DNA of 64,000 nucleotides from a virus, in IMG/VR virus record IMGVR_UViG_3300020048_000003; one strand, 5' to 3'. The first letter of the stretch is position 1. Each line of letters starts with the position of its first letter. Of the stretch, positions 44,716-53,853 are shown one piece after another. Position numbers and translations under genes: made by a program. The notes under the pieces are model-generated. The model did not search any database. It saw only the letters and a program-made list of their open reading frames with translations, and was not told where the DNA came from.

Positions 44716-45125
44716 AACATATTAAAAAGTTTGAGAACAACAAATTTAAGATTATGTCGCAATCTGATTATCAAAAATTTAAAGATAGTAGAAAGCATCT
44801 TTCTGCTGAAGATAAATTTTTATTTGATTGGCAAAAAATTGATCCAGAAACTAAAGCAAAATTACCATATAAAGAAGGAGATTTTGTTGAAGTTCATGTT
44901 GGATATTATGGTGAAAGACCAGCAGGTAGACCAGATGATATTCATAAAAACATGCAAATCATTTCTGTTAGATGGTATTCAAAGGAAGATCACGATATTG
45001 ATAAAGTTACATATGCTGTTAAAGATATTGGTGCTGATGATGAAGATCATTTTGAATTAGGAGAAATAGATATAGTTAGAAAACTTAAAGATTACGAAGT
45101 AGAAGCAGAAAAATATAATTTATAA
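44712..45125 (+). CDS. famA protein
   Basis: MKHIKKFEN...KEGDFVEV...YEVEAEKYNL. Confidence 0.8.
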   Translation: MKHIKKFENNKFKIMSQSDYQKFKDSRKHLSAEDKFLFDWQKIDPETKAKLPYKEGDFVEVHVGYYGERPAGRPDDIHKNMQIISVRWYSKEDHDIDKVTYAVKDIGADDEDHFELGEIDIVRKLKDYEVEAEKYNL

Positions 45126-45445
45126 TGAAGATAAAGAAATTTAATGAAAATTTTAAAATTGATCCAGAAGTTGGTGATTATGTTATTGTTTGTGAAGAAG
45201 ATTCTGTGATTGATAATTTCACATTAAATAATATTGGACGGATAATACCTATTCCAGAATCTTGGAAAAAAGAAAAAAAATATTTATTTGTTCAATATGA
45301 ATATATACCTCCTGAATTAGCAGAATGGTTTCAGTCTTATGGTGCACCAAGAACTAGAATTTTTTCTAGAAATGAAATTCTTTTTTGTGGTGAAAATAAA
45401 GAACAATTGGAATTAGAAGTTTTTGCAAATAAATATAATTTATGA
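45125..45445 (+). CDS. famA protein
   Basis: MKIKKFNEN..EVGDYVIVC..NNIGRII...NKEQLELEVFANKYNL. Confidence 0.85.
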   Translation: MKIKKFNENFKIDPEVGDYVIVCEEDSVIDNFTLNNIGRIIPIPESWKKEKKYLFVQYEYIPPELAEWFQSYGAPRTRIFSRNEILFCGENKEQLELEVFANKYNL

Positions 45446-45729
45446 TAAAGGATTATGAAAAATATATAAATGGTGAGTATGTTCGTTTATCGGATATGGT
45501 TTTAGACTATATGGATTTATATCCTATTGTAAAAATATTGGGAAAAAGATCATCAAAAATAAACAAATCTTTTTTATATAGAGTTGAAGGAATAGATTCA
45601 AAAAAAAATATTTTAAGAATAGTATCATTTGACAAAGATGAATTGGAATTTTCTAAAGATAGAATAGCGACACAGGAGGAAATAGATGAGTATGAATTTT
45701 TAAAAAGTGCAAATAAATATAATTTATGA
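45442..45729 (+). CDS. famA small protein
   Basis: MIKDYEKY...ATQEEIDEYEFLKSANKYNL. Confidence 0.8.
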   Translation: MIKDYEKYINGEYVRLSDMVLDYMDLYPIVKILGKRSSKINKSFLYRVEGIDSKKNILRIVSFDKDELEFSKDRIATQEEIDEYEFLKSANKYNL

Positions 45730-46019
45730 AATATTTAAAAGAATATTATGCGACACAAAGGGGGAAATTAAGTAATTTTAATTGTGGTGATTGGGTCGTA
45801 CCTGCGTTCAGTACATTGAAATATGATGCTAACCGACCATATCAAATAGGTGGAGAATATGCTCCAGCTGTTGGACAAACAGAATGGCATTTCCGTTTAG
45901 AAAATACAGATTATGAAGATCATGGAACAGAATTTAAAGAATCACAATTAAGACGAGCAACATGGCAAGAAATAGAGGAAGAAAAATTAAGAAGAGATGC
46001 AAAAAAATACAATTTATGA
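45726..46019 (+). CDS. famA small protein
   Basis: MKYLKEYYA..CGDWVV...ATWQEIEEEKLRRDAKKYNL. Confidence 0.8.
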   Translation: MKYLKEYYATQRGKLSNFNCGDWVVPAFSTLKYDANRPYQIGGEYAPAVGQTEWHFRLENTDYEDHGTEFKESQLRRATWQEIEEEKLRRDAKKYNL

Positions 46020-46483
46020 GATATATTAAAGAGTTTGAAAAATTTAATTTTCTTGATAGGCTTTTATATAGTAAAGGTGCTAATAATCAAAAATTGGTTA
46101 AAGATAGAATTTTTGAGTTCGCAAAAGAAGTTTTTAAAAATTCTGACATAGAACCATTAGTTCCTATGAAAAATCCAAATAAAGGAAAAGGTAATTATCA
46201 CAGAATAGCATTCAATCATAAATCTGGTGGTGGTGCAGTTGGATTTATTGATATTAAAGAAGATGGAAAAAAATGGATTCAGGTATGGTGTAGTTTTATT
46301 GATGATTATCCAGAATTAACTAATTTTATGCAATATTTAAGAAATGATTTAGTAAAGAATAGTCATTTTTCAGCCACAACAATAGAGTATAGATTATATT
46401 TTGAAGATATAGAAAATTTTTTAAATGAGTTAACAATGGATAAATATGAACTTTATTGTGATATGAAAAATTATAATTTATAA
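46016..46483 (+). CDS. famA protein
   Basis: track ORF 45962 overlaps upstream; likely start MRYIKEFEKF...CDMKNYNL. Confidence 0.75.
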   Translation: MRYIKEFEKFNFLDRLLYSKGANNQKLVKDRIFEFAKEVFKNSDIEPLVPMKNPNKGKGNYHRIAFNHKSGGGAVGFIDIKEDGKKWIQVWCSFIDDYPELTNFMQYLRNDLVKNSHFSATTIEYRLYFEDIENFLNELTMDKYELYCDMKNYNL

Positions 46484-46761
46484 TGATAAAAAAATATAAT
46501 ATTTTCAAAAAAAAATTTAAGATTGGTGATTTAGTAAAACTAAAATCTGAAGGATATATTCCTGCTTATTGGGCATATTATAAAAATAGAGATAATATTG
46601 ATTTAAGTGTATTGGAAGTAGTATCGGTGGATTCAACAGATAAATTAGCATATGAAATTAAACCTATTAAACAGAATACTTTGGCGGAGTATTGGTTTGA
46701 AGAGTATATGTTGGAAAAATTATCTGATTATGAAATTGCAGCAATAAAATATAATTTATAA
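46483..46761 (+). CDS. famA small protein
   Basis: MIKKYNIF..KIGDLVK...LSDYEIAAIKYNL. Confidence 0.8.
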   Translation: MIKKYNIFKKKFKIGDLVKLKSEGYIPAYWAYYKNRDNIDLSVLEVVSVDSTDKLAYEIKPIKQNTLAEYWFEEYMLEKLSDYEIAAIKYNL

Positions 46762-47315
46762 TGAAGTATATTAAAGAATATTTTAATCCTATAAAGGATC
46801 ACAAAGAAAATAGATTACCAACAATAGGTGATTATGTGATATTTACTGATGATTTTTATGATGAAAAAATCAAAGATATTAGTTATGTTGGAAAGCATAG
46901 TTTAGATAATAAATTATATAGAAATGTAATTGGTGAAATTGTTGATTATTATCCTGGTTATCCAACAAAATATTTTGTATATTTTGATAAAAATGAATTT
47001 TGGCGTGAACAATATGTGGCTTCTATAGAAGATATTAAAAGTTATTCTAAAGTAAAAGAAGATTTAGAAAATCTACCAAATGTGGGAGATTATGTAATAT
47101 TAGGTAGTGATAATTATATTTATATTTGTAAAGTAATATCAAAAGAAAAATCAGATTTAAGGTGGACTAATTATAATTATACCGTTAAAAAGTTAAATCC
47201 AGGTCCGCATGATGGTAAAGGTGTAATTAATACGAATGATGATTCAATAAGATATTGGTCTAAAGATATAGGAGAATTAGAAACTATAATAGATGCAAAA
47301 AAATATAATTTATGA
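46761..47315 (+). CDS. famA protein with internal duplication (184 aa)
   Basis: MKYIKEYFN; two GDYVI segments (PTIGDYVIFTDD / PNVGDYVILGSD); ...ETIIDAKKYNL. Confidence 0.8.
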   Translation: MKYIKEYFNPIKDHKENRLPTIGDYVIFTDDFYDEKIKDISYVGKHSLDNKLYRNVIGEIVDYYPGYPTKYFVYFDKNEFWREQYVASIEDIKSYSKVKEDLENLPNVGDYVILGSDNYIYICKVISKEKSDLRWTNYNYTVKKLNPGPHDGKGVINTNDDSIRYWSKDIGELETIIDAKKYNL

Positions 47316-47575
47316 GATATATAAAAACATTTGAAGTTAATATAGGTGAACCAAGATTTTCATATGATACATTGGTAAAAATGAAACATCCTAATAGTGA
47401 TCATATTTTCATTGTTGATTTTAGTAAATATGATTATAATGCAAGTGAATGGGTTTATTATGTTATGAATGTTAATATAGATAAGACTTCTCTTACTGGA
47501 GGAATTTGGGCAAAAGAAAGTAATTTAAGATTTTTAACAGAATTAGAAAAAGATATGGAGAAATATAATTTATGA
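47312..47575 (+). CDS. famA small protein
   Basis: MRYIKTFEV...LEKDMEKYNL. Confidence 0.8.
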   Translation: MRYIKTFEVNIGEPRFSYDTLVKMKHPNSDHIFIVDFSKYDYNASEWVYYVMNVNIDKTSLTGGIWAKESNLRFLTELEKDMEKYNL

Positions 47576-47883
47576 AACATTTAAACGAATATAAAAGAAT
47601 TGATTATAGTGATTTTTACAAATGTAAAGTCGGTGATTATGTAATAGTTAAATCAAGAATAGGTGGATATGCACCTGAATATTTAGATTTTGCTAGTAAT
47701 AGAATTGGAGAAATAATAGGTATAAATTTAGAAAAGAAAACAATTTGGGTTCAATTTGATTCTCCTTGGAATAATGGTAATAAAAATGATACTAATAATT
47801 TTAAAGCTTCTCAAGTTGAATTTTGGTCAAAAGATAAGGAAGATTTAGAAGGAATATTAGTTGGAAGAAAATATAATTTATAA
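47572..47883 (+). CDS. famA protein
   Basis: MKHLNEYKR..KVGDYVI..NRIGEII...SKDKEDLEGILVGRKYNL. Confidence 0.85.
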   Translation: MKHLNEYKRIDYSDFYKCKVGDYVIVKSRIGGYAPEYLDFASNRIGEIIGINLEKKTIWVQFDSPWNNGNKNDTNNFKASQVEFWSKDKEDLEGILVGRKYNL

Positions 47884-47905
47884 TTAAAAAATTGTCTTTA
47901 ATAGT

Positions 47906-47935
47906 AATGGGAACTTTTGTTCTCATTTTTTTTTG
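47906..47935 (+). terminator. intra-array hairpin + T8 (terminator-like)
   Basis: ATGGGAAC-tttt-GTTCTCAT TTTTTTTT in the 79-nt gap between two famA genes. Confidence 0.5.
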
Positions 47936-47962
47936 CGGTAAATTTTTATATATAACTATAAT

Positions 47963-48370
47963 ATGAAATATATCAAATTATTTGAAGAAAAAGAATTAAT
48001 AAATGGTCCGGAGATTGGTGATTATGTGTTATTAGATAGGGAAGAATTATGGTATGATGATGGTAGTAATGAAGCTAGTCTTGATAATTATCTTTCTACT
48101 AATCTTGGTTTAGTTATAGGATTTGAAGATGGTTGGAATACGTCATTAGTTGATTATAAGAAGTCAAAACGTAATAATGATATGTTCTATGTATTGCAGT
48201 ATTCGGATTTACCAGATAAAGTAAAAGAGTATGCTTATCCTTATTTGGGTAGAACTATTGATGGTAGATATCAAGATAATATATTATCTGTTCCAAGAGA
48301 TATGATTAAGTTTTTTGGCTCAGATAAAGAGATAGAACTTCAAAAAGCAACAATTAAATATAATTTATGA
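47963..48370 (+). CDS. famA protein
   Basis: MKYIKLFEE..EIGDYVL...KATIKYNL. Confidence 0.8.
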   Translation: MKYIKLFEEKELINGPEIGDYVLLDREELWYDDGSNEASLDNYLSTNLGLVIGFEDGWNTSLVDYKKSKRNNDMFYVLQYSDLPDKVKEYAYPYLGRTIDGRYQDNILSVPRDMIKFFGSDKEIELQKATIKYNL

Positions 48371-48867
48371 AATACATTAAAAAGTTTGAAAATGATAGAT
48401 ATTATTCATCTGATTCTCAGAAATTAGAAGGTTATAACGGTAAGATTCTTATTAATATACCATCTACAACATATTTTAAGAGTGCAATTAGATTTCAAAT
48501 TGTTTTTGTTCATGAAGTATATAAACACAAACTTATATTTAAAGGGTCTGATAATGAAGATAGATATGAATATCAAGTTCTCGCAGATAATATTATTAGA
48601 TGTAATTCAGATGATTCTATTAATTTTACTTATAGATGGGATCAGGCTCATAATGAAGATGGATTTAAAAGATTAGAATTTATAACGGTTGAACAATTTT
48701 ATAATCAACATACGGATGTTTTTGTAGGATTATTAGAAGCAGCAATAGAAGAGAGTAATAATACTAAATTTTCAGAGCAACATAGATCTGAGGTAAAGAA
48801 GATAATAGATAAAATGACAATACCTGAAACTGAACATATTATTGGAGCAAATAAATACAATTTATGA
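48367..48867 (+). CDS. famA protein (166 aa)
   Basis: MKYIKKFEND...HIIGANKYNL. Confidence 0.8.
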   Translation: MKYIKKFENDRYYSSDSQKLEGYNGKILINIPSTTYFKSAIRFQIVFVHEVYKHKLIFKGSDNEDRYEYQVLADNIIRCNSDDSINFTYRWDQAHNEDGFKRLEFITVEQFYNQHTDVFVGLLEAAIEESNNTKFSEQHRSEVKKIIDKMTIPETEHIIGANKYNL

Positions 48868-49247
48868 AATATATTAAATTATTTGAAAGTGAATATAAAG
48901 GAGATTTTTGGCTCATTAGAGCAGATGATCCGTATTTATCTATTAGTATAGATAAACTTAAATTACCATTAAAACAAAAAAATTATTTAAAAAATAATGG
49001 ATATATAAACGGTAAGGATACATATTATGATTTTGATCATAACAATAATGGTGAAATTCTTAAAATCAAAAAAGTTTATATACCAGATGCAAATTTTGAT
49101 GTAGGTAAATATTCTGCTAGTTGGATGCCTTATAAAGAAAATGATAATAAATATGCATTTGAGACATTTGAAACAATGGGGTTAGTTTATAAAGGTGAAG
49201 TTGAAGTTGAAGATTGGGAAGTTGAAGCATATAAATATAATCTATAA
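48864..49247 (+). CDS. famA protein
   Basis: MKYIKLFES...WEVEAYKYNL. Confidence 0.8.
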   Translation: MKYIKLFESEYKGDFWLIRADDPYLSISIDKLKLPLKQKNYLKNNGYINGKDTYYDFDHNNNGEILKIKKVYIPDANFDVGKYSASWMPYKENDNKYAFETFETMGLVYKGEVEVEDWEVEAYKYNL

Positions 49248-49249
49248 AG

Positions 49250-49522
49250 ATGAAATATATTAAAACATTTGAAATTATGAATAGTGATGGTATGTTGATT
49301 AATCCAATATATAAAGTTGGTGACTATATCTTAGTTGATAGTAGATTAACAAGTAAACATAATGATCGTGTTGAGAATGGAATACTAATAATTGAAGGTA
49401 TAACAGATTATTGGTATGTCGCACGATATTTAGAAAAACAATATGTTGAATGGATTTATGAAGATGAAATTGTTAGAAAATTAGATGATTATGAAATTGA
49501 AGCATTAAAATATAATCTCTGA
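49250..49522 (+). CDS. famA small protein
   Basis: MKYIKTFEI..KVGDYIL...LDDYEIEALKYNL. Confidence 0.85.
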   Translation: MKYIKTFEIMNSDGMLINPIYKVGDYILVDSRLTSKHNDRVENGILIIEGITDYWYVARYLEKQYVEWIYEDEIVRKLDDYEIEALKYNL

Positions 49523-49557
49523 AAGAGATGTTTACAAAAGTAAAATAATTTATAAAA

Positions 49558-49908
49558 ATGAAGATAGAAAGATTTAATGAGAGTGCTACAAATCCTGAAC
49601 CGAAACGTATAGATTATATGGAAGAGTGTAAAAGGCTTTTTAGAGAAGTATGGGAAGATAAATTATTATTAGTCACCGTGAATATTCAGCCAACAAATGA
49701 TTTTGAAGGGTATCAAATGTGGTGTAGAGTTAATCGTGATATAAAAAATGACACTCTTAAAGATTTTGTAAATTTATTTGAATTGGTAGATAAACTTAAT
49801 TTTAAATATAGATTTGGCAATGAAAGATTAGATATTTATATGGATAATATAGCATCATTTATAGATGAAATGAATTTGATATTAAATGTAAAAAAATATA
49901 ATTTATGA
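49558..49908 (+). CDS. famA protein
   Basis: MKIERFNES...LILNVKKYNL. Confidence 0.75.
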   Translation: MKIERFNESATNPEPKRIDYMEECKRLFREVWEDKLLLVTVNIQPTNDFEGYQMWCRVNRDIKNDTLKDFVNLFELVDKLNFKYRFGNERLDIYMDNIASFIDEMNLILNVKKYNL

Positions 49909-49962
49909 TAGAATATTTTTGGTTTTTGATATAATAGGTGCTACAAAAAAATATAACATATA

Positions 49963-50142
49963 ATGAAAAAATTTACAGAAACAGCAACATATATACAACC
50001 AGAAAAACAGTATAGAAAATATTTCAAATTTATTGAAGATAAATTTTTAAATATCCCTTTTGGTCGTTTAGTTTTTGATGAGATAAATGATTCTGTTGTT
50101 AAAATATATTTAAGGCGTGATATGAAAAAATACAATTTATAA
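49963..50142 (+). CDS. short famA member (59 aa, below track cutoff)
   Basis: manual: MKKFTETATYIQPEK...VKIYLRRDMKKYNL*; preceded by remnant ...GATKKYNI*. Confidence 0.55.
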   Translation: MKKFTETATYIQPEKQYRKYFKFIEDKFLNIPFGRLVFDEINDSVVKIYLRRDMKKYNL

Positions 50143-50675
50143 TGAAGTATATAAAAGAATTTGAAGTGAGTGGATATTTTGTTAATAAAACAAAGGATTT
50201 TATAGTTAGTGATTTTGTTAAACATACAACAAATTTTCAAGATACAAATATTTATAGAGTAAAAAGAGTTGGAAAAGGAACTAAACTTAAGAAGTATTAT
50301 ATTGAACTTTATCAAAATGGTGATGGTCAAGGTTTTTGGAGAAGTGGAAATTCGTTAGAATTGGCAGATCAGTCACCTGCATTGAAATATGAATCTGGTG
50401 ATTATGTGTTTGTTAATAATTATGATTGGGTAAATAAATATTATCGTAGTCCTTATTGTAAAATAAAATTTCTAAATTCTAAGAAGGTTATACGCGCTTG
50501 GGATTATATGGTCACTACATTTGAAACAAAACAAGTAAGTTCTGGTAATCCAGTTTCAAGCAAAGAAAGGGAGATTGATGCTTATTTAAATCAATATGAT
50601 ATAAAGAGAAAAATGACACAAGATGAGATTGATACATTTGATGCTCGTTGTATTGCAACAAAATACAATTTATAA
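50142..50675 (+). CDS. famA protein (177 aa)
   Basis: MKYIKEFEV...ESGDYVFV...ARCIATKYNL. Confidence 0.8.
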   Translation: MKYIKEFEVSGYFVNKTKDFIVSDFVKHTTNFQDTNIYRVKRVGKGTKLKKYYIELYQNGDGQGFWRSGNSLELADQSPALKYESGDYVFVNNYDWVNKYYRSPYCKIKFLNSKKVIRAWDYMVTTFETKQVSSGNPVSSKEREIDAYLNQYDIKRKMTQDEIDTFDARCIATKYNL

Positions 50676-50942
50676 ATGAAATATATAAAGACATTTGAAT
50701 TACAATATCAAACAAATGAAAATAATCCAAAGTTTAAGGAAGGAGATTATGTGTTTGTATTACAAACAGCTTATACTGGAATGATATTTCAAATAAATAG
50801 TAAGTTATATGATCATAATGGAAAAACATTTAAATATTTTGTTAGTAGTATAGATCAAGAGCATTTTGATGGATGGGTTAAAGAATATCAATTGAAGTTG
50901 GTACCTGATTACGAAGTTGCCGCACATAAATATAATTTGTAA
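50676..50942 (+). CDS. famA small protein
   Basis: MKYIKTFEL..KEGDYVFV...PDYEVAAHKYNL. Confidence 0.85.
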   Translation: MKYIKTFELQYQTNENNPKFKEGDYVFVLQTAYTGMIFQINSKLYDHNGKTFKYFVSSIDQEHFDGWVKEYQLKLVPDYEVAAHKYNL

Positions 50943-50944
50943 AG

Positions 50945-51247
50945 ATGATAAAATTATTTGAACAATTTAATGAAGAAAGAGTTATTTGTTTACGCAAGTT
51001 ATATGATTATCTTATTAGTAATGGTATTAGTGATATAAATTTCATAGAGAGTATTCCATTAATAAATACCACCTATTTTAGTGTATCATTAAGTAATGAT
51101 ATTTATAAAGATATTATTATTTCATGTCTCTCAGATGATAGATATGCTGTTATAAATAACAATTTTAGATATCATAATTTTGATGGTGTTGTGGATTTTT
51201 TGAAAGATTTAGAATTAAAACATAGTGCAAAAAAATATAATATATGA
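50945..51247 (+). CDS. famA small protein
   Basis: MIKLFEQFNE...LKHSAKKYNI. Confidence 0.75.
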   Translation: MIKLFEQFNEERVICLRKLYDYLISNGISDINFIESIPLINTTYFSVSLSNDIYKDIIISCLSDDRYAVINNNFRYHNFDGVVDFLKDLELKHSAKKYNI

Positions 51248-51591
51248 TAAAAGTATTTGAATTATTTAATACAAATAATGAAAATAGAATTTTCATCACC
51301 AAAAGTAAAGTTGATGGTCCTATATGTTATCGTCCAAATAAGATACCAGATGAATATAAACTTGCTTATGAAAATATGAAATTTCATGTTGGTGATCATG
51401 TTTGGTATTCTGAAAATTTTCAATTTAAATATGCTGAACATAGAATAATTGAAATTGTTGAATTGTTTTGTGAAGAAGAAGATGAATACTATTTATTTAA
51501 AAATAATGAAAATAGTGGAACATGGGCAGGCGAAAAAGAATTAATATTAATACCTGATTATGAGGTAGATGCAGAAAAATATAATTTATGA
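51244..51591 (+). CDS. famA protein
   Basis: MIKVFELFN...HVGDHVW...PDYEVDAEKYNL. Confidence 0.8.
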   Translation: MIKVFELFNTNNENRIFITKSKVDGPICYRPNKIPDEYKLAYENMKFHVGDHVWYSENFQFKYAEHRIIEIVELFCEEEDEYYLFKNNENSGTWAGEKELILIPDYEVDAEKYNL

Positions 51592-51905
51592 AACATATAA
51601 AATTATTTGAAGATTTATATATCACTTGGGATAGTGTGGATAAGAGATCACCAGTTGATTATAAATATCAATTGGGTGATTATGTAAAAGTAAAAAATCC
51701 AAGATATTATAGATGGCTTAGTGCTGGATATTCTAGTGATACGATTTGTATAATTTGTCTTGTAAATACTATACCGTATAATGATCATAAATATGCAATT
51801 GTTCCAATAGAAGCACCTAATAGTAGTTTTGAAGAGTGGGTAACTGAAGATGAAATAGAACTTGCGGCTGATTATGAAATTAGTGCGATGAAATATAATT
51901 TATAA
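51588..51905 (+). CDS. famA protein
   Basis: MKHIKLFED..QLGDYVKV...ADYEISAMKYNL. Confidence 0.85.
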   Translation: MKHIKLFEDLYITWDSVDKRSPVDYKYQLGDYVKVKNPRYYRWLSAGYSSDTICIICLVNTIPYNDHKYAIVPIEAPNSSFEEWVTEDEIELAADYEISAMKYNL

Positions 51906-51908
51906 TTT

Positions 51909-52274
51909 ATGATAATAAAATTCAAAATTTTTGAGAGTATAGATATGACTGATAATAACCAAAAAATAAATTGGTTAGATTACGGTGAGCCGACGTATCA
52001 TGATTATGTTGTTGCATCTGAACCATTGTGGAGTTTAGATCAAAATATGTTCTTTTTAAGTAATATAGGACAAATTCAATCTATTTCTAATGTTAAAGGT
52101 AAGCCTTTATATGGTGTATATTATGACAAAGAAATTCCAAATATGCCTAATTTTAAAATTGGTAAGGATCGTACTGTGTTTTGGCGCAAAGATATAAAAC
52201 ATTGGTCAAAGAATAAAGAGGATTTAGAACAATTTGTTGAACTTTATGATGATATATCTAAATATAATTTATAA
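51909..52274 (+). CDS. famA protein
   Basis: MIIKFKIFES...SNIGQIQ...SKNKEDLEQFVELYDDISKYNL. Confidence 0.85.
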   Translation: MIIKFKIFESIDMTDNNQKINWLDYGEPTYHDYVVASEPLWSLDQNMFFLSNIGQIQSISNVKGKPLYGVYYDKEIPNMPNFKIGKDRTVFWRKDIKHWSKNKEDLEQFVELYDDISKYNL

Positions 52275-52277
52275 GAA

Positions 52278-52646
52278 ATGAAGTATATAAAATTATTTGA
52301 ATATAAAGATAAAAATAAAATTGAAGTAGCAAAATTTGTTTTACTTAAAGCCGAAAGAGGAAATAGTTATTGGAATAATTGGTATGGTATAAATCTTGGG
52401 AAATATCCTGATGATGATGAATCATATAAAATCGGTATATTAACTCCTAATGCAGAAGAACTTGATACTAATCATTATATGAAAGGAAAGTTTTTACATG
52501 TAAATAAATATTATCTTGAATTTTACGAAACCATTGATAGTTTTTATCAAGATTTATCAATTTATTATGATATAGATTTTGACGAATTAAAGGAACAAAT
52601 TGAAATGTTTGAAGCAATTGTAAATGCTGAAAAGTATAATCTTTAA
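52278..52646 (+). CDS. famA protein
   Basis: MKYIKLFEY...FEAIVNAEKYNL; 3' end overlaps convergent gene. Confidence 0.8.
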   Translation: MKYIKLFEYKDKNKIEVAKFVLLKAERGNSYWNNWYGINLGKYPDDDESYKIGILTPNAEELDTNHYMKGKFLHVNKYYLEFYETIDSFYQDLSIYYDIDFDELKEQIEMFEAIVNAEKYNL

Positions 52647-53236
52647 ACAGCATAAACATTAACCTCATCTATTTCTAACCAAGCACCTTTACCGAAATAT
52701 TCTATTATCCAATCGCTATATGTGCCAGTTCCTCCATAACCAGTAGAAGATGCAGTAGTTGCACCTGTAGAAGGATTATATGCAGTTATTTCTGCCTGTA
52801 TCCATGGACTCCCAAATCCAGTTCTAACTAATCTAAGAGCAAACCCTACACCATAATCAAGATTAGTTCCCATTGTAAAACTAAAAGAAGTGGGATTACT
52901 TGTTGGAGTAGCAATACTAGAAGCGCTTGTTGTATTTAATCCCGCAACATTTACGTAAAATCCAATAGATGAAGCACCAGTCCAAAGACCAATAGTATTT
53001 AAGGTGTATAGCGTAGCATTAGATGTATTTTTAGTTATAGAACTTGATACAATATCACCATACGCAGTAACTACATATATTGGAATGTTACTTCTATATA
53101 AAAAGGTAACATTGTATTGCGCATTTGCTATCGTGGTAGTACTACCAAATCCTGGATACGCACAACCGTCATAATTATCTTCTCCTCTCTGTGCATTTCC
53201 TGCAAATCCATTTCCTGTTACTATACTAAATGGCAT
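52643..53236 (-). CDS. Gly/Ser/Thr/Asn-rich beta-type protein (structural/fiber/lectin-like), atypical G+C-richer codon usage
   Basis: track ORF 52643..53290; probable start MPFSIVTGNGFAGNAQ; composition 20+% S/T, many G, Y. Confidence 0.55.
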   Translation of the reverse strand: MPFSIVTGNGFAGNAQRGEDNYDGCAYPGFGSTTTIANAQYNVTFLYRSNIPIYVVTAYGDIVSSSITKNTSNATLYTLNTIGLWTGASSIGFYVNVAGLNTTSASSIATPTSNPTSFSFTMGTNLDYGVGFALRLVRTGFGSPWIQAEITAYNPSTGATTASSTGYGGTGTYSDWIIEYFGKGAWLEIDEVNVYAV

Positions 53237-53249
53237 ATGTTTTATTTTT

Positions 53250-53456
53250 TTAAGGTAATTGTACAGCAGCCCAATTATCAGCAAGTCCATCTGAATTTGT
53301 ATCTATCCAATCGGTGGTTTCTGCACCATCACCATTTACAATTAATTGTAATGGATTAAAAAGATAAACTAAATGATTATTTCCTGATTCGGGTGTTGGT
53401 TTAAATTCTACTTTACCAGAATTTGCTTGATCGTATACTACTCTAATTTGTGCCAT
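53250..53456 (-). CDS. small acidic protein upstream of 52643 gene, same atypical composition
   Basis: MAQIRVVYDQANSGKVEF...TDWIDTNSDGLADNWAAVQLP; 13-nt spacer to downstream gene. Confidence 0.5.
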   Translation of the reverse strand: MAQIRVVYDQANSGKVEFKPTPESGNNHLVYLFNPLQLIVNGDGAETTDWIDTNSDGLADNWAAVQLP

Positions 53457-53481
53457 GTAATATATATAAAAAAATACAAAT

Positions 53482-53748
53482 CTAAATTTCTACGATTTTT
53501 ATATCAGTATTAGGATCTTTCACATCTTCAAGAATTGCAACTTTTCTATCTTCTTTTTGACATTTTAGTAAGAACTCATAATTATAGTTCATAGAATATT
53601 CTGACGTAAATTTGAATTTCAACATTGAAGTTTGTTGAAGATTTGGAACAAAATACATTGTGAATATTCCGTGTTCACCAGTATTTTGAATAAAAAATTG
53701 TAGTATATTGTCAAGATTGATTGTTTGAGTTTTATATTTTACTAACAT
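53482..53748 (-). CDS. hypothetical small protein
   Basis: 88-aa ORF. Confidence 0.4.
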   Translation of the reverse strand: MLVKYKTQTINLDNILQFFIQNTGEHGIFTMYFVPNLQQTSMLKFKFTSEYSMNYNYEFLLKCQKEDRKVAILEDVKDPNTDIKIVEI

Positions 53749-53853
53749 TAAGATAGATTATTTTTTTATATGTTTTTAGATATAGTATTTATATCTATAA
53801 ACTTTATGTTCTCCTTATTGCAAAGGATTTTAATGATAATATTGCTTTATAAA

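Noticed and set aside
52643-53456. Single gene with a frameshift joining 53250-53456 and 52643-53236
   Set aside because: The ORFs are in different frames with a stop codon and a 13-nt spacer, and the downstream one has its own ATG (MPFS...). I treated them as two adjacent genes.
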